Positions 17,659 through 26,730 of a stretch of 64,000 nucleotides of DNA are shown here, one piece after another. Both the position numbers and the translations under genes were made by a program. Position 1 is the first letter of the stretch. Every line of letters begins with the position of its first letter. The notes under the pieces are model-generated. The model saw only the letters and a program-made list of their open reading frames with translations, had not been told where the DNA came from and ran no database searches. This DNA is from Eubacteriales bacterium (lineage in GTDB: Bacteria > Bacillota > Clostridia > Oscillospirales > CAG-272): positions 2,881-66,880 of the forward strand of contig JAZRCL010000097.1 of the NCBI GenBank assembly GCA_045659745.1. Reading direction: 5' to 3'.

Positions 17659-19027
17659 CGTGTGGAGCTGGATGCTTTTGTTTGGCGTACTGTTTGGCAG
17701 CTTGCTGCTCGGTCACTTGCTAAAAAAGATCCCTCTTCTCAAAAAATCTCTTATTCCTACGTCGGTTCTCGGCGGCGCGATTATTCTTCTCGTAACAGGA
17801 ATTTACAAGCTTATTACAAAGAATAGCTTTTTTGATGCTGAAGTCTTTAACGGCAAAGGCTATAGCACTCTTGAGGTAATTACATATCACGCGTTGGCGC
17901 TTGGATTTATCGCGTCCGCGCTCAAGACCTCGAAAAACAAAATGACCAAGGCTCGCTCAGTTGAGATATTCAATACAGGCGTGACCACGGTGTCCACGTA
18001 TCTTCTTCAGGGTATATTCGGTATAGGAATTACCATAATCGCAGCCCTTGTAATGAAGAACTTTTTCCCTGCGGCAGGCGTGCTTCTTGCATTTGGCTTT
18101 GGTCAGGGTACGGGTCAGGCGATGAACTACGGCTCTATATATCAGGCAAACGGCTTTGTCAACGGAACGAATTTCGGTCTTGCAATCGCGGCTATCGGAT
18201 TCCTTTCCGCAAGTATTGGCGGTGTCGTACATATGCATATTATGAAGAAAAAGGGCAGGCTTAAGAAATCCGACAGATCCGACGGCTCTTCTCAGGTGGA
18301 GGAAGTCTCCCCTGCGGGCGAAATACCTCTTCAGGAAAGCCTTGACAAGATAACTATTCAGGTAGCTCTGGTCGTCGTCACCTACGTTTTGGCTTACGGC
18401 ATTATGGCTATAATCGGAAGCTTCTTTGGTGATGGACTCAAGTCCGTCATTTACGGATTTAACTTCCTGCTTGGTGTGCTTATGGCAGTAGTAGTTAAGA
18501 CGATCCTCAACTTCCTCAACAAAAAGCAGCTCATAAGAAGAAAGCAGACAAACAACTTCCTTCTCACGCGTATAAGTAATTTCTTCTTTGATATTATGAT
18601 AGTTGCGGGCGTTGCTGCTATTCAGCTTGAAACTCTTGCAAGCTACGTTGGCGTTCTGGCTATTCTTGCCGTCGTGGGAATTGCGGTTACCTATGTATAT
18701 AATCGCATCGTTGCAAAAACTCTCTTTAAGGATTATTTCGAGGAGCAGTTCCTTATGATGTACGGTATGCTCACGGGTACGGCAAGCACAGGTACCATCC
18801 TTCTTCGTGAGATAGACGAGGATTTCAAAACACCTGCGGCGGACAATATGGTTTACCAGAACTTCCCCGCTATCGTATTTGGCTTCCCGATGATGTTTTT
18901 GGCAACTCTTGCTATGACAAAGCCTATTCTGACTCTTATAATTTTCGTGTTGTTCTTTGCGGTACTGAACGTTATTTTGTTCAGAAGCAAGATATTCAAG
19001 AAAAGAAAGCCTAAGGATAAAAAGTAA
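17636..19027 (+). CDS. gltS: Sodium/glutamate symporter (GltS/ESS family)-like transporter
   Basis: N-terminus LLLGHLLKKIPLLKKSLIPTSVLGG and GFGQGTGQA / GMLTGTASTGT segments parallel E. coli GltS (from memory). AAGGAG RBS; overlaps the upstream gene by 23 nt. Confidence 0.7.
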   Translation: MIHFWDSNVWSWMLLFGVLFGSLLLGHLLKKIPLLKKSLIPTSVLGGAIILLVTGIYKLITKNSFFDAEVFNGKGYSTLEVITYHALALGFIASALKTSKNKMTKARSVEIFNTGVTTVSTYLLQGIFGIGITIIAALVMKNFFPAAGVLLAFGFGQGTGQAMNYGSIYQANGFVNGTNFGLAIAAIGFLSASIGGVVHMHIMKKKGRLKKSDRSDGSSQVEEVSPAGEIPLQESLDKITIQVALVVVTYVLAYGIMAIIGSFFGDGLKSVIYGFNFLLGVLMAVVVKTILNFLNKKQLIRRKQTNNFLLTRISNFFFDIMIVAGVAAIQLETLASYVGVLAILAVVGIAVTYVYNRIVAKTLFKDYFEEQFLMMYGMLTGTASTGTILLREIDEDFKTPAADNMVYQNFPAIVFGFPMMFLATLAMTKPILTLIIFVLFFAVLNVILFRSKIFKKRKPKDKK

Positions 19028-19069
19028 ATATCTTTTTATGATACTTTTTGGCATCAGCCCCTAAAAAAT

Positions 19070-19220
19070 GCTTACGCCACGCTTCAGCCCGCATTTTTTC
19101 AAAATACTGTATCCAAAAAGCGCCGAAAAGGGCGGGAGGAATCGCAACCTCCCGCCCTTTTGCGGTGTTTTGGTTACGAATTGCATTTCGCAGAAATGCG
19201 AGCTGAAGCGTAGCGCAAGC
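19070..19220. repeat. Nested palindromic element: 27-bp imperfect inverted repeat enclosing a terminator hairpin
   Basis: 19070-19096 against 19194-19220 gives 24/27 complementary. The three mismatches are A-C on the plus strand, so G-U on the minus strand. Confidence 0.85.
19127..19174. terminator. Terminator hairpin after gltS (usable on both strands)
   Basis: AAAGGGCGGGAGG (19127-19139) pairs with CCTCCCGCCCTTT (19148-19160). T-rich tracts on both sides. Confidence 0.75.
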
Positions 19221-19272
19221 AGTTGTCACTGTTGACAAAGTAACATAAAAACAATCAATTTCAAAATTCATA

Positions 19273-19301
19273 TTGACAAAGAAAGTCATTGGGACTATAA
19301 T
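19273..19301 (+). promoter_or_regulatory. Sigma-A-type promoter for ilvA-ridA
   Basis: TTGACA (19273-19278), 17 nt, TATAAT (19296-19301). Confidence 0.6.
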
Positions 19302-19332
19302 ATAGAATATATTATTATAAGGAAGTCAAGCT

Positions 19333-20541
19333 ATGCTTAATTTAGATATGATATATCACGCTTCATTCGTCCTTAAAGACGTGGTGCGTAAAACCAACCT
19401 TGTTTACTCCCCCGCGATAAACCCCGAATGCAAGGTCTATCTCAAGCCCGAAAACCTCCAGCTCACAGGCTCGTTTAAGGTGCGCGGTGCAGGATATATG
19501 ATCTCCCAACTCACCGAGGAGGAAAAAGCTCGCGGCGTTATCGCCTGCTCTGCGGGAAATCACGCGCAGGGTGTGGCTCTTGCGGCAACGAAATACGGTA
19601 TAAAGTCTCTTATCTGTCTTCCTGACGGCGCGCCCATCTCCAAGGTCGAGGCAACCAAGGGCTACGGCGCAGACGTATGTCTTGTCAAGGGCGTATATGA
19701 CGACGCGTACAAAAAAGCTCTGGAGCTTCGCGATGAGTTTGGCTACACGTTCGTCCACCCATTTGACGACGAGCGAGTTATCGCAGGCCAAGGCACAATA
19801 GGCCTTGAAATCCTCTCCGATCTTGAGGACGTGGATGTGGTAGTCGTCCCCGTGGGTGGCGGAGGACTCATATCCGGCGTTGCGTGCGCTATAAAAAAGC
19901 TCAAGCCGGACTGCAAGGTATACGGCGTCCAGGCGCAGGGCGCACCCAGCATGCTCAACTCGGTTGCAAACAAGAGAATAGAGCGTCTCGAGTCTATCTC
20001 CACAATAGCCGACGGTATCGCAGTCAAGCAGCCCGGTGTAAACACATTTGAGCTTGTAAATCAATACGTTGACGGCATAGTGACCGTCACCGAGGACGAG
20101 ATTTGCTCCGCAATCCTCGCTCTTATCGAGCAGCACAAGATGATCGCAGAAGGCGCGGGCGCAGTTTCCGTTGCTGCGGTAATGTTCAACAAAATCCCCG
20201 TAAAGAATAAAAACGTGGTCTGCTTAGTCTCTGGCGGTAATATCGACGTTACTATCCTCTCGCGCGTTATCAAGCGCGGTCTTTACAAAACGGGTCGCTC
20301 CTGCGAGCTTTGCATTGAGCTTATGGACAAACCCGGACAGCTTCAGAAGGTTGCGGAAATAATCGCCTCCAAGGGCGGAAACGTCATTTCCGTCAGCCAC
20401 GAGCGCGGAAGCGAGACTGAGGACATCAACGGCTGTTTCCTCCGTCTCATACTTGAGACCAGAAACTACGATCATATAAAAGAAATAAACCAGGCTCTGC
20501 TTGATGCAGGCTTGCATTTACATAATGAAAGAGGTAACTGA
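19333..20541 (+). CDS. ilvA: Threonine ammonia-lyase (threonine dehydratase), short form with a C-terminal ACT-like domain
   Basis: PLP lysine motif LQLTGSFKVRGA, SAGNHAQGVA, GGGGLISG; 402 aa. Confidence 0.9.
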   Translation: MLNLDMIYHASFVLKDVVRKTNLVYSPAINPECKVYLKPENLQLTGSFKVRGAGYMISQLTEEEKARGVIACSAGNHAQGVALAATKYGIKSLICLPDGAPISKVEATKGYGADVCLVKGVYDDAYKKALELRDEFGYTFVHPFDDERVIAGQGTIGLEILSDLEDVDVVVVPVGGGGLISGVACAIKKLKPDCKVYGVQAQGAPSMLNSVANKRIERLESISTIADGIAVKQPGVNTFELVNQYVDGIVTVTEDEICSAILALIEQHKMIAEGAGAVSVAAVMFNKIPVKNKNVVCLVSGGNIDVTILSRVIKRGLYKTGRSCELCIELMDKPGQLQKVAEIIASKGGNVISVSHERGSETEDINGCFLRLILETRNYDHIKEINQALLDAGLHLHNERGN

Positions 20542-20543
20542 AA

Positions 20544-20921
20544 ATGTCAGAAAGAGTATATACCAAAAAAGCTCCCGATGCTATCGGCCCGTATAGCCAG
20601 GCAGTCCGCTCAAACGGACTTGTGTTCACGTCGGGTCAAATTGCAATAAACCCCGCAAGCGGTCAGGTTGAGGCACAGGATATCGAGGGACAGACTGAGC
20701 AGGTCTGCAAGAACCTCAAGGCAGTTCTCGAGGCATCCGGCTCCGACATAACTCGCGTGGTAAAAACCACCTGCTTCCTTTCTGACATGGCAGATTTTGC
20801 TGCATTCAACGAGGTTTATGCAAAATACTTTACGTCAAAGCCCGCGCGCTCTTGCGTCGCTGTCAAAACTCTTCCCAAGAACGTCCTCGTGGAAGTCGAG
20901 GCAATAGCGGAGATAGATTAA
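20544..20921 (+). CDS. ridA: RidA family reactive-intermediate (enamine/imine) deaminase
   Basis: APDAIGPYSQAV ... GQI ... RSCVAVKTLPKNVLVEVEAIA. Classic YjgF/RidA length and motifs, placed directly after ilvA. Confidence 0.9.
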   Translation: MSERVYTKKAPDAIGPYSQAVRSNGLVFTSGQIAINPASGQVEAQDIEGQTEQVCKNLKAVLEASGSDITRVVKTTCFLSDMADFAAFNEVYAKYFTSKPARSCVAVKTLPKNVLVEVEAIAEID

Positions 20922-20933
20922 ACAATACTGATT

Positions 20934-22268
20934 ATGGATACGACACAAATATTACTTTCAATTTCAGTCTGCGTAATGGTCGGACTGCTTATGTCAAGAA
21001 TCTGCAAGCTCTTAAAACTCCCCGCGGTCACGGGATATCTTGTGGCGGGCGTTATTATCGGTTGCTTTTGCCTTGGAAGAGTGACTCTTCCCGGGGGATA
21101 CCATCTCGGTTTTTCGGCTAAGGACTTTGCGGACGTTCATGCTCTTGGAATACTCTCCGACGTAGCTCTCGGCTTTATTGCCTTTTCAATAGGCAGTGAG
21201 TTCAAGCTCTCGGATTTAAAAAAGACGGGTAAAAACGTAGCCGTCATAGGATGCGTGCAGGCAATAGTTGCCTCCCTTGTCGTCTGCGGTGCGCTTGTCG
21301 GTCTGCACTATATACTTCTCGCCGCAACGGGCAACGACATTCTTCCCCTGCCTGCGGCATTGATACTCGGCGCGATAGCGTCAGCCACCGCTCCCGCGGC
21401 AACATTGATGGTCGTGCGCCAGTATAAGGCAAAGGGTCCGCTCACGGATATGCTGCTCCCTATCGTCGCGCTTGACGACGCGGTCGGTCTTATAATCTTT
21501 GCCGTCCTTATGGGAATAGCAAAAGCAATAAGCGGCGGTGATCCGAGCATCATCTCTATAATTGTAGAGCCGCTTATTGAGATAGTCGCCTCTCTTGTCA
21601 TCGGTGCTATTCTCGGACTAATACTTTCTGAGCTTGAAAAGCTCTTCCATTCAAACAGTAACCGTCTGTCGCTCGTAATAGCATTCGTGTTCATTACGGT
21701 TGCGATAACAGCGCTCAAAAACCTGCATATTGGAAATATACATATAGGATTTTCGTCGCTTCTTACGTGTATGATGTGTGGAACGGTGTTCTGCAATGTC
21801 TGCGAATGCTCGGACGAGATGATGAGCCGAGCGGACAGCTGGACAAAGCCTCTGCTTATTCTGTTCTTCGTCGTCAGCGGCGCAGAGCTTGACCTTAGCG
21901 TCTTCCTAAAGCCAGAATTTCTGCTTATCGGTGTTGTATATATCCTTTTCCGTTCCGCCGGAAAATATTTCGGCACGAGATTTTCCTCCCAACTTATGGG
22001 ATGTGACAAAAAAACCGTTCACTATCTCGGTGTCACCCTGCTACCGCAGGCCGGAGTTGCGCTTGGAATGGTCAGTACCGTCGCAAACGACTCAATGCTT
22101 GGAGGCACGGAAATTGCAAACACGGTGCGTTTTGTAATTCTGTTCAGCGTTCTGGTATATGAAATAGTAGGTCCTGTGCTTACAAAATGGGCACTTACAA
22201 GAGCGGGAGATATTACTCCCAAGCCCGCGAACCACTCGCGCAGAGTCAAAAACCCCGAGCATCAGTAA
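20934..22268 (+). CDS. Cation:proton antiporter (Na+/H+ exchanger family)
   Basis: 444 aa, about 12 TM. N-terminal LKLPAVTGYLVAGVIIG motif typical of the sodium/hydrogen exchanger family. Confidence 0.85.
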   Translation: MDTTQILLSISVCVMVGLLMSRICKLLKLPAVTGYLVAGVIIGCFCLGRVTLPGGYHLGFSAKDFADVHALGILSDVALGFIAFSIGSEFKLSDLKKTGKNVAVIGCVQAIVASLVVCGALVGLHYILLAATGNDILPLPAALILGAIASATAPAATLMVVRQYKAKGPLTDMLLPIVALDDAVGLIIFAVLMGIAKAISGGDPSIISIIVEPLIEIVASLVIGAILGLILSELEKLFHSNSNRLSLVIAFVFITVAITALKNLHIGNIHIGFSSLLTCMMCGTVFCNVCECSDEMMSRADSWTKPLLILFFVVSGAELDLSVFLKPEFLLIGVVYILFRSAGKYFGTRFSSQLMGCDKKTVHYLGVTLLPQAGVALGMVSTVANDSMLGGTEIANTVRFVILFSVLVYEIVGPVLTKWALTRAGDITPKPANHSRRVKNPEHQ

Positions 22269-22275
22269 TAAATTC

Positions 22276-22306
22276 AGCCAACGCCTATGGGCGTTGGCTT
22301 TTTTAA
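22276..22306 (+). terminator. Rho-independent terminator after the antiporter gene
   Basis: AGCCAACGCC-TATG-GGCGTTGGCT followed by TTTTTAATTTT. Confidence 0.85.
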
Positions 22307-22314
22307 TTTTAAGT

Positions 22315-22344
22315 GAATAAAGCAAGTCCACCTTGGAAACAATG
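22315..22344 (+). promoter_or_regulatory. Candidate forespore-type (sigma-F/G-like) promoter for spoIIR
   Basis: GAATA (22315-22319), 15-nt spacer, GGAAACAATG (22335-22344) fits GGnnAnAHTR. The -35 deviates from GYATA at one position. Confidence 0.4.
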
Positions 22345-22373
22345 TATTGGAAATACATTTTCGGAGGTAAAAA

Positions 22374-22988
22374 ATGAAATTTGCTCAAAAATTACTTATT
22401 TTATGTATCGTCTGTCTGGCGGCGATGTTTGTAGTCAGCGCTCTGCCTATTCACGGAGAAGAAAAAATATACGACTCAGTCGTGCGCTTCCACGTGCTTG
22501 CCAACTCCGACAGCGAGGAAGATCAGGCATTAAAGCTCAAGGTGCGCGACGAGGTTTTACTTCTCACCGCTCCCGCGCTTGATGGCTGCACCTCGCGCGA
22601 GGACGCACAACAAATCCTCTCGGAGCTTATTCCAGAGATAAAAGAGACCGCCGCAGAGGTAATAAAAGCCGAGGGGTATTCATACCCTGTTGATGTAGTC
22701 ATAGATAAAGAATATTATCCCACCAAAGAATATGAAAGCTGTAGCTTCCCCGAGGGCAGCTATACGTCCTTGCGCATAATCATCGGCGAGGGTGAGGGTC
22801 AGAATTGGTGGTGCTGCCTGTTCCCGCCTCTGTGTCTGTCATCGGCAACAAGTCAGGAGGAAAACGAGGACGCTTTCATATCCGTAGGCCTTACAGGCGA
22901 GCAGTACAAGGTCATAACCGAGACCGACACACCAAAATACAAGGTAAGATTCAAGATTCTCGAGGTGCTTCAGCGCGCGTTTGGATAA
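22374..22988 (+). CDS. spoIIR: Stage II sporulation protein R
   Basis: Signal/TM N-terminus, then VVRFHVLANSDSEEDQALKLKVRDEVL and NWWCCLFPPLC, both characteristic of SpoIIR. Confidence 0.9.
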   Translation: MKFAQKLLILCIVCLAAMFVVSALPIHGEEKIYDSVVRFHVLANSDSEEDQALKLKVRDEVLLLTAPALDGCTSREDAQQILSELIPEIKETAAEVIKAEGYSYPVDVVIDKEYYPTKEYESCSFPEGSYTSLRIIIGEGEGQNWWCCLFPPLCLSSATSQEENEDAFISVGLTGEQYKVITETDTPKYKVRFKILEVLQRAFG

Positions 22989-22989
22989 T

Positions 22990-23019
22990 AAAAAGGGCTT
23001 GTAAAACAAGCCCTTTTTA
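22990..23019. terminator. Bidirectional terminator between convergent spoIIR and the SLOG-like gene
   Basis: AAAAAGGGCTTG-TAAAA-CAAGCCCTTTTT. Overlaps the stop codon of the minus-strand gene. Confidence 0.8.
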
Positions 23020-23487
23020 TTTATATATATTCTCAACCTCAACTCCGCGCTCTTTGGCGTATGATACCGTATACGCCGTGCCGCCCGTGGTCTTGTTGCA
23101 ATAGGCTATACAAAGATCCGCGCCGTCAACAAGCGCTCTGTCGCGCTTGAGCATACAGCCCGATATCCGCGCCTCGCTCACGTATCTTACAGAGTCCGCC
23201 TGCGAGAGTATATAGTTATATTTTTCAATGTCACCGTCGCTCCAGCCGTAGGTCTGATCCTTGCAGGGCAAAAACAAATGTAGCTTTATATTTGGGTATG
23301 TTTCCTTTGCCGTCAAAACACAAAGCGCCGCAAGCGTGTCAAACCCCACCGCTCCGCCTGCGCGGAAGTCAATACTCTCCGCTGTGCCCGACATAGCAAG
23401 ACCAGTAATTTTTTCTTCAAGCAGGCTTGCAGTCTGTACTATATTATGTGGCTCAAGCTTTCGGTGTCCTGTAAAACAGACCGTCAT
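23017..23487 (-). CDS. SLOG-superfamily (YpsA/DUF1273-like) Rossmann protein
   Basis: Starts MTVCFTGHRKL; GGAVGFDT glycine motif. 156 aa. Family call from motif memory only. Confidence 0.6.
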   Translation of the reverse strand: MTVCFTGHRKLEPHNIVQTASLLEEKITGLAMSGTAESIDFRAGGAVGFDTLAALCVLTAKETYPNIKLHLFLPCKDQTYGWSDGDIEKYNYILSQADSVRYVSEARISGCMLKRDRALVDGADLCIAYCNKTTGGTAYTVSYAKERGVEVENIYK

Positions 23488-23668
23488 TGTCCTGCCCTCC
23501 CCTTTAAGTAGTAAAATAATTTTAACACGGACGGAGCAAAAAGTAAATAGCTTTTTTCTTGTTTTTCAGATTTTCGCTCGTCATATTTCTTCTTTTTTCT
23601 ACAATCCACGCCAAAGCCCGACCTCTACTTTGACAAGCAACTGCCAATTCCTCCCCACAAATCCCCTT

Positions 23669-23745
23669 TGCGACAAAACATTCCGCAAAAGTGCAAATAT
23701 GCTTCGACATACTTCTTGCCCTAAATCCTTTATAATGTATATGTT
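23669..23745 (+). promoter_or_regulatory. Candidate spoIIE promoter region with Spo0A-box-like sites
   Basis: Perfect 0A box in reverse orientation, TTCGACA (23703-23709), a one-mismatch TGCGACA (23669-23675), and TATAAT at 23740-23745. Confidence 0.4.
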
Positions 23746-23872
23746 GATGTCTCCACAGTATAAATTTTGCGCAAAGCACCGCCGAATCCACTCAAAACAG
23801 AGTGTTTTTTGAATTTATTTGAGCAGACGTCGCAAAAATCATCAGTTGCCATTTCGGCAGAACGGAGTAAAA

Positions 23873-26614
23873 ATGCAACAAGAAAAAAATAAGGACACGG
23901 CCAAAAAAAGCAAGGCGTCTGCAAAACAAAATACTCGTGAGCAAAAAGGACAAGCCTACATAGAAAAATTACTATCCAAAATATCCCCGTCGGGAGACAA
24001 GGCAAGAGAGCGACTTCAAAAAATAATCTCGTGGTTTTGTAGCTTTTTCCTCTCCTGGATACTATCCGGCGGCATGTTTCTGTTTGGGGCGCAGCCCTTT
24101 GCATTGTGTCTTTTGTGCGTCACGGAGCACAATCTCATCCCTGCCTTTTTGGGTATTGCTGCCGCGGCGCTTATGGGCAGAGTGGGCTTGCCTGTTTTGT
24201 GGGGCGGACTTGTTATTCTCATTTTCAGAATAATTATCTCATTCGTGCCAGATTTTCACGAAAAAAAACGCGACGCCATAAAAGCCACGACCATAAATCT
24301 TGACGGCTTTTTTGATGACGGCGAGCTCCTTATGCTTGAGGGCGAGGTGTCAAAGAAAAAAGGATTCAAAGAAGGAGTTTTTGTTCCCGCAAAATCTTTT
24401 GCGGAAAGGCTTTTAGGAATAATCTCTCAGCCTCAGGAGCAGCTCCGGGACACGAAAAAGCACAAATACAACGAAACTCTTGCGGCAAAAGCGCTATTTG
24501 CAAGTATTGGTGGCTTTGTCTACGGACTGTTTGCTCTGGTTGACGGCAATTATGCGTTTTTCAATATGTTCGGCGCGCTATGCCTGATACTTTTATCCCC
24601 CGTAATAGTGCTGCTCTTTTCGGGCGCGGACTGCGAGAGCGTATATTTTCGCTCGTGGAGACACTCGATCTCGTGGTTTTTGATTTTATGCGCTGCCGTC
24701 TGGTCGGCGAGCGGTGCAATGGCGCTTGGTATTCCCATAGCGCCCTTTGTGGCAACCCTATTTACACTTTTCATAACAGGCACGCGAGGGGTGGTGCCGG
24801 GAGCTTTGGCAGGTATATTTTTCGGCCTTATATACAATCCTCTTTATGCTCCCCTGCTTTTGATCTGCGCGCTCATATACGGACTTATTTCTCCCTTGAG
24901 AAAAGGCATAGCATTGGGGCTGGTATGCTTTGGCGTGGTTTTATGGTGCTACTATTTTGGCGGAACGGCAGGACTTGTAAGCACGCTAACTCCTATGCTT
25001 GTTTCTATTCCCGTGTTTTTTGTGGCGGATAAATATTACACCGTCATATTCCCCGAGCGAGCGACCGAGGATGGCGACGCGGTTAGCAAAATGTTTGAAC
25101 AGAGGGCGCGGACGAGCGCGGGCGTGTATTTTGCTGAGGCGGTATCCGAGCGCGAAAAAAATGAGGGTATGACGGACAAGCTCGGCGCGTTGTCTGAGGC
25201 GTTTTCATCCCTCTCTGAAACCTTCAACGACCTCGTTGACAGATTCCGCCGCCCTGATATTCTCGGACTTCAAAAAATATCCGACGACGCGTTCTCCAAA
25301 AATTGCGAGGGCTGCAGAAACCGAGACGTCTGCTGGGGCGTGGGATACAGCGAAACGCTTGAGATCATAAATAAGATCACATCTTGTCTGCACACGCGAG
25401 GAGAAGTCTCACTCTCGGATCTGCCAAATAGCTTTTTTGCCTCCTGCCCTCGCGCACAAAGAATTGTGTCAGATGTCAACGGAGAGTGCAGAGCCGCCAC
25501 CGAAAGCCTTATTCAAAACCAGAAAATAGGGGTTTTCGCCTCAAATTTTGACGATATAGGCGCAATTTTGCGAGATGCGCTTGAGGACGACGGTGATGAA
25601 TACGAATGTGACCTCGCCCTTGGCGAGCAAATATTTGATATGCTGACTCAAGCAAATTATAAAATAAAAGGCGTCGTCGTTTGCGGCAAGCGCAACAGAC
25701 GGGTACTCGTAAAAGGCTCGGCAACTCAAAAAACTCCCCCTCTCTCGGGCGGCGAGCTTTGCAAAAAAATCAGCGACATAGTCGGTGTTAGTCTTATCGG
25801 CCCTATCTTTGAAATGTCTGCCGACGAGACGGTTATGACCTTTTATTCAAAGCCCAAGCTCAGTGCAATATGCTCTCACGGACGACTTGCCGCCGACATT
25901 GACAAGGACAGCTTTTACGCTGAAATACTTGAGTCTGACGGGATAAAATTCTTCAAGGAGGATTCGGGTGGCGACTCCGCCTGCGGTGATTGCACAAAAG
26001 TCTTTGTAAATGGAAACTCCTATTTTTACTCGCTCATCAGCGACGGAATGGGTAGCGGTCCGTCCGCCGCGCTTGCCAGCGAGGTGTCGTCTATGTTTGT
26101 TGAAAAAATGCTCATGGCGGGCAACCGCGCGGATATAACCGTCCGAATGCTCAACAACTTTCTACGCTCCGAAAATATAGGTCTTGGCGAGGAATGCTCG
26201 GCAACGCTTGACCTTTTTGAGCTTGATCTTATGAACGGCTGCGCTTCGTTTATAAAAAGCGGCGCGGCGCCGACGTTTATCTGCCGCGAGCAAACTGTAT
26301 ATAAGATTAACTCCCGCACTATGCCCGTGGGCATTATCAAGCAAGCCGACGCAAAGCTCACTCGCTTTGACACAAGCCCTTGGGATATGGTGGTAATGGT
26401 AAGCGACGGCTGCTGTCCCGACAGCGAGGATTGCCCTTGGCTTGTGGACTATCTGTCCGAGATAAACATTCCAAAAGTTAACCCCTCACCCGAGGCGCTC
26501 GAGAAATTTACCGGAGACGTCAAAAACAAAATTCTCTCTCTCGCCATCGAAAACACACCCGAGGGCAAGCACAAGGACGACATTTCCGTGTCAGTCGTAC
26601 TGATCTCAGCATGA
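23873..26614 (+). CDS. spoIIE: Stage II sporulation protein E (membrane PP2C phosphatase)
   Basis: ORF 23819..26614; ATG 23873 follows GGAG. About 10 N-terminal TM segments, central regulatory region, C-terminal PP2C with SDGMGSG and MVSDG motifs. Confidence 0.9.
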   Translation: MQQEKNKDTAKKSKASAKQNTREQKGQAYIEKLLSKISPSGDKARERLQKIISWFCSFFLSWILSGGMFLFGAQPFALCLLCVTEHNLIPAFLGIAAAALMGRVGLPVLWGGLVILIFRIIISFVPDFHEKKRDAIKATTINLDGFFDDGELLMLEGEVSKKKGFKEGVFVPAKSFAERLLGIISQPQEQLRDTKKHKYNETLAAKALFASIGGFVYGLFALVDGNYAFFNMFGALCLILLSPVIVLLFSGADCESVYFRSWRHSISWFLILCAAVWSASGAMALGIPIAPFVATLFTLFITGTRGVVPGALAGIFFGLIYNPLYAPLLLICALIYGLISPLRKGIALGLVCFGVVLWCYYFGGTAGLVSTLTPMLVSIPVFFVADKYYTVIFPERATEDGDAVSKMFEQRARTSAGVYFAEAVSEREKNEGMTDKLGALSEAFSSLSETFNDLVDRFRRPDILGLQKISDDAFSKNCEGCRNRDVCWGVGYSETLEIINKITSCLHTRGEVSLSDLPNSFFASCPRAQRIVSDVNGECRAATESLIQNQKIGVFASNFDDIGAILRDALEDDGDEYECDLALGEQIFDMLTQANYKIKGVVVCGKRNRRVLVKGSATQKTPPLSGGELCKKISDIVGVSLIGPIFEMSADETVMTFYSKPKLSAICSHGRLAADIDKDSFYAEILESDGIKFFKEDSGGDSACGDCTKVFVNGNSYFYSLISDGMGSGPSAALASEVSSMFVEKMLMAGNRADITVRMLNNFLRSENIGLGEECSATLDLFELDLMNGCASFIKSGAAPTFICREQTVYKINSRTMPVGIIKQADAKLTRFDTSPWDMVVMVSDGCCPDSEDCPWLVDYLSEINIPKVNPSPEALEKFTGDVKNKILSLAIENTPEGKHKDDISVSVVLISA

Positions 26615-26627
26615 CCTTCAAAACCAC

Positions 26628-26659
26628 AAGGCAGGATTCTTTCCGAATCCTGCCTTTTT
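26628..26659 (+). terminator. Rho-independent terminator after spoIIE
   Basis: AAGGCAGGATTC-TTTCC-GAATCCTGCCTT followed by TTTG. Confidence 0.85.
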
Positions 26660-26730
26660 GTCAACTTTCACTTGATATTTTTGTCAAATTATGATATAAA
26701 TAAAGTAGAATTGTTTTTGGAGGATAAAAT

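Noticed and set aside
17957-19054. 365-aa minus-strand ORF overlapping the GltS-like gene; similar long antisense ORFs at 19363-20136, 15582-16280, 35200-35940, 6919-7647 and 13904-14596
   Set aside because: The gltS, ilvA, patatin and efp cases were checked and are codon-aligned shadows of well-supported sense genes. All of these ORFs lack RBSs, and their products have no recognisable motifs and odd composition.
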